The notes under the pieces: generated by a model
The model's database searches: none
Seen by the model: only the letters and a program-made list of their open reading frames with translations
Told to the model about the DNA's origin: nothing
Made by a program: the position numbers and the translations under genes
In this document: positions 1 through 6,966 of the stretch, one piece after another
How the letters are laid out: every line of letters starts with the position of its first letter
Position numbering within the stretch: position 1 is the first letter of the stretch
Assembly (NCBI RefSeq): GCF_004376175.1
Contig: NZ_SNUY01000082.1
Location: 1-14,081 of the forward strand
From: Halalkalibacterium halodurans
GTDB lineage: Bacteria; Bacillota; Bacilli; Bacillales; Bacillaceae_D
Reading direction: 5' to 3'
DNA: 14,081 bases

Positions 1-135
1 TGTTCCCTTCGCCCTTGATTGACCTCTGAATAAACCATTGGTGTGTTTGTCAAGAGCGATAGCGTGGCATTTCCACCTAATAAATGGTAGGTAGTATGAA
101 CCGTGCTAGTTTTTCATAGAACTTTTGACACTACC
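1..135. repeat. Left arm of the inverted repeat flanking the window (partner 13956..14081). It continues beyond the left edge.
   Basis: Bases 11..90 match the reverse complement of 14002..14081 with 3 mismatches in 80 (positions 42, 65, 69). A divergent patch of about 20 nt with a 1-nt indel follows at 91..110. Bases 111..135 match again with 1 mismatch in 25. Similarity stops abruptly after ...TTTTGACACTACC at 135. Confidence 0.9.
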
Positions 136-255
136 CCATTCATTCCATATCGGTGATGGATCTCCTGCTTTTACTCGTAACTCACCGATTGATAATTCTT
201 CTTTTCCGAAATGAATTTAAAAAAGGGTTTACCGCCAAATATTAATAGACGAATG

Positions 256-290
256 TAAAAAGGAAGCCCCCTTCACTTAGGGAGCTTCCT
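256..290 (-). terminator. Rho-independent terminator downstream of the yugI-like gene
   Basis: AGGAAGCCCC (261-270) pairs with GGGAGCTTCCT (280-290) with one bulge. On the minus strand the stem is followed by TTTT. It lies directly after the stop codon at 301. Confidence 0.75.
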
Positions 291-300
291 TTGATCGTTA

Positions 301-717
301 CTATTTTTTGGCACGTTTGTTTAGGTCTGCTTGAATTTCGTTTGATTGCTTTAACCATTCTTTTAGTTTATCTTCTAATGTATTAAAGCCTTGTCCTTGG
401 CTTTGCCCTTTTTGTGGTTTACGTCCACCACCACCAGCTGGGCGTGGTTTTGGCGCGCGAGCTGGACGCTCAGGAGCCTCTTGTGTTGCACGGATGGAAA
501 GAGAAATTTTTCCACTTTCTTCGTCTACAGATAAAATTTTCACCTTCACTTCGTCACCTACGGAAAGAACATCATTGATGTCTTTCACAAAACCATGCGC
601 TACTTCAGAAATGTGAACCAATCCTTGCTTCTGATCGTCGATCGCAACGAATGCACCGAAGGGCTTGATTCCTGTGACTTTTCCTTCTACAATGCTGCCT
701 ACTTCATAATTTGACAT
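301..717 (-). CDS. yugI: S1 RNA-binding domain protein (YugI / general stress protein 13 family)
   Basis: The N-terminus YEVGSIVEGKVTGIKPFGAFVAI...GLVHISEVAHGFVKDINDVLSVGDEVKVKILSVDEESGKISLSIR is a canonical S1 OB-fold and closely resembles B. subtilis YugI. The tail is basic and low-complexity. RBS AGGAGA lies upstream of the ATG. Confidence 0.9.
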   Translation of the reverse strand: MSNYEVGSIVEGKVTGIKPFGAFVAIDDQKQGLVHISEVAHGFVKDINDVLSVGDEVKVKILSVDEESGKISLSIRATQEAPERPARAPKPRPAGGGGRKPQKGQSQGQGFNTLEDKLKEWLKQSNEIQADLNKRAKK

Positions 718-752
718 CCAAAAACATCTCCTAACTATTTATTAACTTGTTA

Positions 753-781
753 ATTTTAACACAGGTTGTCGTAATACGCAA
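753..781 (-). promoter_or_regulatory. Candidate sigma-A promoter for the yugI-like gene
   Basis: The minus strand reads TTGCGT-17 nt-TAAAAT, with a TGn extended -10 (TGT) immediately upstream of the -10 hexamer. Confidence 0.5.
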
Positions 782-815
782 AGCACATTTCGACTAGAAG
801 GAGATGGTGATGTTG

Positions 816-1985
816 TCATTTTTTCCTTTTGTTATGCCCTTTTAAACCATTATTCTTAGCATGGAGTTTACCATGGGACAGTACTCGCTCTTCAAAGGAA
901 AGATTTAGGCCTTTTTCGATTTTTTCCAGCTTATACATTTCCCGTTCACTCGTTAATGTGATCACGGTCCCTTCTTTACCCATTCGTCCAGTTCGTCCTG
1001 CGCGATGAACGTACGCTTCACTCGTCGTAGGTGGCTCCAGTTGGATCACATGGCTGACATCATCCACATCAAGACCGCGAGCTGCTACATCGGAAGCAAT
1101 GAGCACTTGCGCTTCACTTGTTTTCAATTGGTGCAATGCTCGCTCTCTTTCCTGTTTTGTTTGGTCAGATGACAAGGCGACTGCTTTAATTCCTTTGAAT
1201 TGTAACTTGGCTGTTGTTTCAGCTACATGTTCTAAACGGTTCACAAACACAATGCCGCGCTGAATGTTCTCATGGTGAATCAGCTTTCGTACCACATCCA
1301 TACGCTCTCGTTTTTCACAGCGAATGAACCAATGGTTTACTGCCTGCTGAACAGTGTTTCCTTGGGCTGACACCGTTTCTATAAAAGGGACATACGGAGC
1401 AACAAGCTCGGTAAACCGAGAAGCAAAGGTAGCAGAAACAAACAGATATTGCGCTTCATTCCCGATCCGTTTTGCCACATTCTCAAAGGCGTTCCATGCG
1501 CTCGTTTCTTCCATCATTCGGTCTGCCTCATCGACTACGATCATTTTGACATGGGTCACTTTTAGCTTTTTCATCTCCATTAATTCGAGAATACGTCCGG
1601 GTGTCCCAACCGCCACATGAGGTTTTTTCTTTTTTAATTTCTCGACCTGACGTTTTATATTTGCTCCACCGATGAGCGGGAGCACCGTGATTGAAGTGGT
1701 AGCGGTTAGTTGTTTTGCCACCTCGACGATTTGCATGGCGAGCTCCTGTGTCGGTGCCAATATAAGTGCTTGCGTCTGCTCTGGTAGTTCTTCCGTTTTC
1801 GTTAGCAACGGAAGCAAATACGCTAACGTTTTCCCTGTCCCTGTTTGTGAATGGACGATTAGATTTTGCCCATCCAATGCTTCCGGAATTACTTGTTGCT
1901 GAATTTCCGTAGGTTCTGTAATCCCTTGGTTTGTAAGAGCCTCTAGAAATGGTTCTCCAATTGGCCACTGCTGAAACTGATTCAT
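816..1985 (-). CDS. DEAD-box ATP-dependent RNA helicase (short, YfmL-like size)
   Basis: All core motifs are visible: Q-motif region, SQTGTGKT (motif I), PTQELA (Ia), TPGR, DEAD (II), SAT (III), HRAGRTGR (VI). RBS AGGAGA lies upstream. The start is only 20 nt after the thiM stop. Confidence 0.92.
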   Translation of the reverse strand: MNQFQQWPIGEPFLEALTNQGITEPTEIQQQVIPEALDGQNLIVHSQTGTGKTLAYLLPLLTKTEELPEQTQALILAPTQELAMQIVEVAKQLTATTSITVLPLIGGANIKRQVEKLKKKKPHVAVGTPGRILELMEMKKLKVTHVKMIVVDEADRMMEETSAWNAFENVAKRIGNEAQYLFVSATFASRFTELVAPYVPFIETVSAQGNTVQQAVNHWFIRCEKRERMDVVRKLIHHENIQRGIVFVNRLEHVAETTAKLQFKGIKAVALSSDQTKQERERALHQLKTSEAQVLIASDVAARGLDVDDVSHVIQLEPPTTSEAYVHRAGRTGRMGKEGTVITLTSEREMYKLEKIEKGLNLSFEERVLSHGKLHAKNNGLKGHNKRKK

Positions 1986-2005
1986 TTCGTCGTTTCTCCT
2001 ATCTT

Positions 2006-2791
2006 TTATGATCGTTCAAAGCGTCCATGCTGTTTTACATCTTCATCGGTCAAACGACCTAGCTGATTGAGAAAAGCCGTTTGGAACGATCCGTATCCTT
2101 TGGCTTTCGTCTCTTCATAAGCTTTTTCGGCTGCGACCCCATAAGCGACGAGCCCATAACCGATCACTTCCAAAAGGTCATCCGTTTTTAGGCTAGCAAA
2201 CGCCGCGACGATTGCCCCAGATAAGCAGCCTGTACCGACGACTTTCGTTAGCCATGGATGGCCATTGTAGCCACGAACCGTTCCCGTACCATCGGTAACA
2301 ACATCCACTTCGCCGGTTACAACAACTGCGCTATTCAGTACGTTTGCCGCATGCTTTGCCAATTCAACTGGGTCTGAATCAATGGAACCGTCGACCCCTT
2401 TGACCGTTCCTGCTTGATCGGATAGAGCTGCAATTTCGCCCCCGTTTCCCCGTACGATCGTAACGTCTACTTCCTTCAAGATTCGCTTACAACTCTCGGT
2501 ACGAAACGCTGTTGCCCCTGCCCCTACAGGATCTAACACGACAGGAGTACCAGCTTTATTAGCTGCTTTTCCTGCGATAATCATATTGTCAATGCTTTCT
2601 GCCGATAGTGTGCCTATGTTCAGAAGGAGTGCATTTGCTACCTTCGCCATGTCCGCTACTTCTTCTTTCGCATAAGCCATGACTGGAGACGCGCCAACGG
2701 CAAGTAGTCCGTTCGCTGTAAAATTTGTTACGACCACATTCGTCATACAATGAATGAGAGGATTACTTTTGCGTAGCATCTCAATGCTCAT
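2006..2791 (-). CDS. thiM: Hydroxyethylthiazole kinase
   Basis: 261 aa. NPLIHCMTNVVVTNFTANGLLAVGASPVMA, LLNIGTL and the C-terminal GTGCLSGAIVAAF are typical of the ThiM/ThiK family. A G-rich RBS lies upstream. Confidence 0.9.
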   Translation of the reverse strand: MSIEMLRKSNPLIHCMTNVVVTNFTANGLLAVGASPVMAYAKEEVADMAKVANALLLNIGTLSAESIDNMIIAGKAANKAGTPVVLDPVGAGATAFRTESCKRILKEVDVTIVRGNGGEIAALSDQAGTVKGVDGSIDSDPVELAKHAANVLNSAVVVTGEVDVVTDGTGTVRGYNGHPWLTKVVGTGCLSGAIVAAFASLKTDDLLEVIGYGLVAYGVAAEKAYEETKAKGYGSFQTAFLNQLGRLTDEDVKQHGRFERS

Positions 2792-2939
2792 TCAATCACC
2801 GATCCTTTCCTCACCCTTCATTTGTTGAAAATTTTACTCGTTTTTTCTTCGAATGACAAACGTCACTTTTTTCAGAAAGTTATGTATAGCTTTAGAACAA
2901 CTTGGGCATTCTATTGGTAGATGTATTCCCCCTTTTTTA

Positions 2940-2976
2940 ATCAACGTAGCATTAGCTGCGTTGATTTTTTTATTTT
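2940..2976 (+). terminator. Strong plus-strand rho-independent terminator with no plus-strand gene upstream
   Basis: An 11-bp stem, ATCAACGTAGC (2940-2950) with GCTGCGTTGAT (2955-2965), has loop ATTA and is followed by TTTTTTTATTTT. On the minus strand the stem is followed by TTAAAAAA, so it acts only on the plus strand. Confidence 0.7.
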
Positions 2977-2994
2977 AGTCACCAAACGTTTTCA

Positions 2995-3019
2995 TAAAAA
3001 AGCGCTTGGGACAAAGCAC
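2995..3019 (-). terminator. Weak candidate minus-strand terminator downstream of the nested hairpin
   Basis: The minus strand reads GTGCTT-TGTCCC-AAGCGC followed by TTTTTT. The stem is 6 bp and includes one G-U pair that forms only on the minus strand. Confidence 0.35.
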
Positions 3020-3048
3020 AGTACGGAGTTGATTGTTTCAAAAACTTG

Positions 3049-3118
3049 CTGCGGGCAAGGCTTCAGCTAGTCGGGGAAAATCGCCCCGATGGCTTTTCAG
3101 CCCTTGCTTTCCCCGCAG
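3049..3118. other. 70-nt nested, three-tier hairpin of unknown function
   Basis: CTGCGGG (3049-3055) pairs with CCCGCAG (3112-3118). CAAGG (3056-3060) pairs with CCTTG (3102-3106). TCGGGG (3071-3076) pairs with CCCCGA (3084-3089). The internal loop carries a direct repeat, GGCTTCAGC and GGCTTTTCAGC. Confidence 0.6.
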
Positions 3119-3320
3119 GCGTCTCGTGATTTTGACAATTTGCTTGGAAACGTCCGTCTAGTTATGCGTATGAAAGGGGGACGTATACTACCTGAAGGCT
3201 CATTTACGTTTTACTCGACTGCCGTAAGGGGTAACGAGAATACCAGAAATGAATGAGGATTTGCCTTCATGACTGTGAACTTACGAAAATCAAACAACAG
3301 ACGCCCCCATGAATCACCAG

Positions 3321-3366
3321 AAAAAAGGTTCGGATCCTTTTATTTTGATGGTCCGAACCTTTTTAT
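3321..3366. terminator. Bidirectional rho-independent terminator (ends alaT on the minus strand and can also stop plus-strand transcription)
   Basis: AAAAA-AGGTTCGGATC (3326-3336) pairs with GGTCCGAACCT (3350-3360), followed by TTTTTATT. The A-run before and T-run after make it functional in both orientations. Confidence 0.8.
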
Positions 3367-3392
3367 TACGTTGGGCTAGTTTTTCCCAGCCT

Positions 3393-4574
3393 CTATTGTT
3401 TGCATTTTTGCACAAAACGGCCAATTCGTTCGAGTGCCGTTTCTAAATGTTCCATAGATGTGGCATATGAACAACGGATGTGCCCTTCGCCACCTTCTCC
3501 GAACACATTCCCCGGAACAACCGCCACATGCTCCTCCATGAGAAGTCGTTCCGCAAATTCCTCAGAGGTAAGTCCGGTTTCTTTAACAGACGGAAACGCA
3601 TAGAAAGCTCCGCCAGGCATTGGACAAGTTAAGCCAATTTCGGTGAATGTTTTGACGACAAAATTGCGTCGTTGTCTGTAGGATTGAACCATGCGATGCA
3701 CATCGTCCATTCCTGTTTCTAATGCTTCCAACGCACCGTGCTGCGCCATTGTCGGTGCACACATAAGGCTGTATTGATGGATTTTTAGCATCGCGCTCAA
3801 AATATCATCTGGTGCACAGACATACCCAAGCCGCCAACCCGTCATCGCAAAAGCCTTCGAAAAACCAGAGATAAGAACGGTTCGTTCTCGCATTCCGTCC
3901 ATCGAAGCTAATGAAACATGGGTCCCATCATACGTAAGTTCTGCATAGATTTCATCCGAAAACACAATGAGGTCGTTTCCAGAAATCACCTTAGCCACTG
4001 CCTCTAACTCTTCTTTCCCCATAATCGACCCCGTCGGATTATTTGGAAAACAAAGAATAATCGCTTTTGTTCTTGGGGTAATCGCAGCCTCTATTTGCGC
4101 CGGTGTTACTTGGAAATCGGTATCGATATGCGTACCAACCGGAACCGGGACGCCTCCTGCCATCGTAACAAGTGGCGCATACGAAACAAAGCTTGGTTCG
4201 ACAACGATCACTTCATCCCCTTCGTCGATGATCGCGCGCATCCCGATGTCAATCGCTTCACTCGCACCAACCGTCACAAGAATTTCCGATTCAGGATCGT
4301 AACCTATGTGAAACCGCTCGTACAAATAACGGGAGATCGCTTCCCGAAGCTCAATGATTCCAGCATTTGCTGAATACGCAGTAAAACCACGCTCCATCGA
4401 AGAGATGCTCGCTTCCCTGACATTCCACGGCGTGACAAAATCAGGTTCACCAACACCAAGAGAAATAATATTTTCCATTTTTGAAGCGAGATCAAAAAAA
4501 CGGCGAATACCCGAAGGTTGAATCGATTGTACTCTCGTCGATAACCGTGTCCGTTGAGATGTAGAAGAAGTCAT
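3393..4574 (-). CDS. alaT: Class I/II pyridoxal-phosphate aminotransferase, alanine transaminase AlaT (YugH)-like
   Basis: 393 aa. It has IQPSGIRRFFDLA, LGVGEPDF, NPTG and the PLP-lysine motif SGFSKAFAMTGWRLGY. It sits immediately downstream of an Lrp/AsnC regulator with a 1-nt TAATG overlap, as in B. subtilis alaR-alaT (yugG-yugH). Confidence 0.85.
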   Translation of the reverse strand: MTSSTSQRTRLSTRVQSIQPSGIRRFFDLASKMENIISLGVGEPDFVTPWNVREASISSMERGFTAYSANAGIIELREAISRYLYERFHIGYDPESEILVTVGASEAIDIGMRAIIDEGDEVIVVEPSFVSYAPLVTMAGGVPVPVGTHIDTDFQVTPAQIEAAITPRTKAIILCFPNNPTGSIMGKEELEAVAKVISGNDLIVFSDEIYAELTYDGTHVSLASMDGMRERTVLISGFSKAFAMTGWRLGYVCAPDDILSAMLKIHQYSLMCAPTMAQHGALEALETGMDDVHRMVQSYRQRRNFVVKTFTEIGLTCPMPGGAFYAFPSVKETGLTSEEFAERLLMEEHVAVVPGNVFGEGGEGHIRCSYATSMEHLETALERIGRFVQKCKQ

Positions 4575-5068
4575 TATGGCGTCACCACAATTCGTTTATC
4601 GTCTTCGTCCTTTTTAAAAACAACCCCATCATGCTTATATTTTTTTAGTTGAAAGTGGGTCGTTGTTGAAAGAACCGTATCAATCGTTGATAGTTTTTCT
4701 GAGACAAACCGAGCGACCTCCGACATGGTCTTCCCTTCAATGACGACGGAGAGGTCATAAGCCCCCGACATTAAATAAAGCGCTTTTACTTCTGGGAAGC
4801 GGTAAATACGTTCAGCTACCTCATCAAAGCCAACCCCGCGCTGTGGCGTAACTTTAACATCAATCATGGCAGTTACCGTCTCGACTTCCTTCACTTTGCT
4901 CCAGTCAATCACCGCTGAGTAGGATAAAATCACATGGTCATTTTCAAGCTTTTTAATGATCGCTGTCACTTCTTCTTCAGTGGCATCAATCATTTTTGCT
5001 AAAGTCGGTATTGGCACACGGCCGTTTTCCTCAAGAATGTGCAGCACATCAAGCTCTTTTCTCTCCAC
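4574..5068 (-). CDS. alaR: Lrp/AsnC-family transcriptional regulator (AlaR/YugG-like)
   Basis: The HTH region is ELDVLHILEENGRVPIPTLAKMIDATEEEVTAIIKKLENDHVI, followed by a RAM/AsnC_trans_reg domain. The ORF stays open up to a GTG at 5170, but a GTG at 5068 is preceded by AAAGGGGAAG and gives the family-typical length of about 164 aa. Confidence 0.8.
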   Translation of the reverse strand: MERKELDVLHILEENGRVPIPTLAKMIDATEEEVTAIIKKLENDHVILSYSAVIDWSKVKEVETVTAMIDVKVTPQRGVGFDEVAERIYRFPEVKALYLMSGAYDLSVVIEGKTMSEVARFVSEKLSTIDTVLSTTTHFQLKKYKHDGVVFKKDEDDKRIVVTP

Positions 5069-5325
5069 GATGTGTCTTCCCCTTTCGTCAACAAAACCAT
5101 CAAATTCGTTTCGTATATCATACCACAATCCACTGTCCCTTTCCGTGAAAAATGTTACTTTTTTATTCACGAAAATGACCTGTTCTGTTCATTGCTTTTC
5201 CCAGTAAAAGATTGATACAATTCATGGTAATACTAAACGACGAGCCTCTTCATTTAATGGAATCGGTTCTTAAAGCATCGACTAGTCTAGCTGCGCAAAT
5301 AACATGAGAGAAAGGGTCGATTACG

Positions 5326-5766
5326 TTGGAAAAACCTACTGTTGATGATTACCTCAAAAAAGGAATTTACGGTCAGAAGGAAATTAATCCAGAAGAAAAG
5401 CGAACATTCCTTGGAACGTTTCGAGAACGGATCATTGTCGCCCTTACCCAATCACAAGTAAGAGAACAAGGAACGTACAAAGAAGTGGAGGAGCTTATGA
5501 GTCGTAATCGGGAGGCCAAGCTCTATTTAAACGGCTCCCTCGATTTTAAATATTTACGGGATTACATTCAAATAGCAGACCAACTCTCCATTGATTATCT
5601 TGTGGTCTCAAATCAAGAGAAAGAGACAGATATTGGTCTCGTTCTTGCCCATGATCATGCGATCGACAAAGAGGATATTTTTATCGAGGAACACACGGAG
5701 AAAGACGATTTGGAAAAAGATGAGAAGGGGCTGTCCGCATTCTTGAACCGTCTGTTTCGTCCATAG
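5326..5766 (+). CDS. DUF1694 (YueI-like) protein
   Basis: 146 aa with a TTG start preceded by AGAAAGGG. GIYGQKEINPEEKRTFLGTFRERIIVALT resembles the YueI/DUF1694 family as I recall it. Confidence 0.7.
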   Translation: MEKPTVDDYLKKGIYGQKEINPEEKRTFLGTFRERIIVALTQSQVREQGTYKEVEELMSRNREAKLYLNGSLDFKYLRDYIQIADQLSIDYLVVSNQEKETDIGLVLAHDHAIDKEDIFIEEHTEKDDLEKDEKGLSAFLNRLFRP

Positions 5767-5805
5767 CCATCGTTTCACCTCAGTCTTGTATTTCCATCGA
5801 AAATG

Positions 5806-5836
5806 TAAAAAGCGAGCTGGATCACTCGCTTTTTTT
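5806..5836. terminator. Bidirectional terminator between the convergent DUF1694 gene and luxS
   Basis: AAAAA-AGCGAG (5811-5816) pairs with CTCGCT (5825-5830), followed by TTTTTTT. Confidence 0.75.
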
Positions 5837-6311
5837 ACGATTCAAATACTTTTGTTAACGAATCTTTCTCATGAGACAACCAGTAGGTCATGAGTTTTTT
5901 TGCGCCGTCTAAATCGTGGAGGTTTGCTTGCCCACACTGCTTCTCGTTAGCAGCCGGTACTTCCTCTAGCTCAAGAGAATACTTCATCGTTTGTTCGAGA
6001 ACATCGATGATTTCCTCCACCGTTGGCTTACCGCTCATAATTAAATAAAAGCCTGTTTGGCATCCCATCGGGGAAAGATCAATGACATCAAAGTGATCAT
6101 ATGCTTCAGCAAATTTGCGAATATTCAAGGCAAGTAAATGCTCTAGTGTATGAATCACATCAGGCTTCATCGCCTGTTTATTTGGTTGAAAAAAACGAAT
6201 GTCAAACTTGTTCACCTCTCCGTTAGTCCCGACTTTATGTGTACCACACGGACGGACGAATGGCGCTTTTACAATCGTATGGTCAAGCTCAAAGCTTTCA
6301 ACTGTTGGCAT
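5835..6311 (-). CDS. luxS: S-ribosylhomocysteine lyase
   Basis: [20 protein letters not shown]..., the metal-binding HTLEHL motif and the conserved C-terminal half are present. RBS GGAGGAGGAAG lies upstream. Confidence 0.95.
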   Translation of the reverse strand: MPTVESFELDHTIVKAPFVRPCGTHKVGTNGEVNKFDIRFFQPNKQAMKPDVIHTLEHLLALNIRKFAEAYDHFDVIDLSPMGCQTGFYLIMSGKPTVEEIIDVLEQTMKYSLELEEVPAANEKQCGQANLHDLDGAKKLMTYWLSHEKDSLTKVFES

Positions 6312-6370
6312 ACTACTTCCTCCTCCTCTTTCCTTTTGTCCTTTCAGTATAAAGGAACAATCGTGCTCTG

Positions 6371-6811
6371 TTAAGATTCATCTTCTTTTTTGATTGAAGA
6401 TGGCTCATAATGGTTAAGATGTTTAATCAAGATCTCCTGCCTCTCGGCGAATGCATACAGATCTTCATGAAACGATTCGGGTTGAAAGCGACTGAACTTC
6501 AAACGAAACCCTTTTTTTAAGAAAAACACGACCACATGACTACGAGTTGTTTTGATGAAATACGCTTCTTTTATTTGTTCGGCTCTTATCTCACGAGATA
6601 ACAACTGAGCAGAAGAGAGGGAAATCGTAAATGAAATCACATCCCCTTTGATCTGAAACCGATAACGGATAAAAGAGAGCAATACAAACAGCAAAAACGG
6701 AAGATACAGGAGGAACGTCCACCTTCCTTCCAGAATGATACTATTTAAAAGTGTCAGCAAAGCGAGAGCTAGCCAAATCATCTTTCCTTCCGATGCAGTA
6801 TATACGTTCAT
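6371..6811 (-). CDS. Hypothetical small membrane protein (two N-terminal TM helices plus a soluble domain of about 90 aa; the layout resembles bacterial PH-domain proteins)
   Basis: Hydrophobic segments [18 protein letters not shown] and [16 protein letters not shown] are followed by a charged domain. I recognise no motif with confidence. Confidence 0.55.
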   Translation of the reverse strand: MNVYTASEGKMIWLALALLTLLNSIILEGRWTFLLYLPFLLFVLLSFIRYRFQIKGDVISFTISLSSAQLLSREIRAEQIKEAYFIKTTRSHVVVFFLKKGFRLKFSRFQPESFHEDLYAFAERQEILIKHLNHYEPSSIKKEDES

Positions 6812-6966
6812 TGATCAATCGTCCCTTTCCATATGCTAGCCTACCGTCCTATAGGAAGCGTGCCTGTGGACAAAAGCATCTACACCCTTGGCAATCAACT
6901 ACCATTATACACAAGTTTAACGGCTTGTTGGACCAAAAACTTGTGGAAAGGAAGGGAGAAGCACAC

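Noticed and set aside
1-40. The outward-reading ends of the repeat arms (GGTCAATCAAGGGCGAAGGGAACA) as the 5' start of a cobalamin (GGT...AAGGGAA) or SAM-I (ATCAAGAG.GG.GGAGGGA) riboswitch
   Set aside because: Only about 25 nt are visible before the window ends. The match is partial for both classes and cannot be told apart from an RBS region. It is kept only as an alternative explanation in the repeat finding.
149-189. 8-bp inverted repeat ATCGGTGA...TCACCGAT with a 25-nt loop, and a 29-codon ORF starting at 157
   Set aside because: The loop is too large and there is no T-run, so it is not a terminator. The ORF has no RBS. Nothing supports a function.
1354-1968. Track ORFs 1354..1620(+), 1528..1968(-) and 1672..1902(+) inside the helicase gene
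   Set aside because: They are alternative-frame or antisense shadows of a helicase ORF that carries every DEAD-box motif. Their composition is low-complexity (Ser/Thr/Arg-rich) and none has an RBS.
2853-2978. 41-codon plus-strand ORF (MTNVTFFRKLCIALEQLGHSIGRCIPPFLINVALAALIFLF) ending in the orphan terminator; considered as a type I toxin-like hydrophobic peptide
   Set aside because: No Shine-Dalgarno sequence lies upstream. The hydrophobic tail is simply the translation of the terminator hairpin and T-run.
3049-3118. Possible degenerate TPP riboswitch (the minus strand has GGGG...GGGCTGAAAAGCC...CCCC...CTGAAGCC)
   Set aside because: It lacks the invariant CTGAGA and the ACCTGATCTGG-TAATACCAGCG pyrophosphate and pyrimidine sensor helices. 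The resemblance is limited to short G/C runs.
3326-3337. GGTTCGGATCC, which resembles a tRNA T-arm (GGTTCGAATCC)
   Set aside because: It is the 5' half of the terminator stem. No acceptor, D or anticodon arms surround it.
3269-3379. 36-codon plus-strand ORF with a weak GAGGA 9 nt upstream
   Set aside because: Its C-terminal half is encoded by the bidirectional terminator hairpin, and its composition is not protein-like. It is more likely part of a non-coding structured region.
3400-4495. Track ORFs 3400..3603(+), 3967..4302(+), 4095..4373(+) and 4304..4495(-) within alaT
   Set aside because: They overlap a well-supported aminotransferase frame and have no motifs or RBS. They are shadow ORFs.
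4956-5207. 83-aa plus-strand ORF antisense to alaR
   Set aside because: It is a Ser-rich antisense shadow of the Lrp/AsnC gene with no RBS.
6150-6393. Plus-strand ORFs 6150..6374 and 6199..6393 opposite luxS
   Set aside because: They are antisense to the highly conserved luxS frame and have no translation signals.
6751-6966. N-terminal 72 codons of the 344-aa track ORF
   Set aside because: This is read-through upstream of the real YihY start. The ATG at 6967 has a strong RBS, and family similarity begins there. The extension also overlaps the divergent membrane-protein gene.
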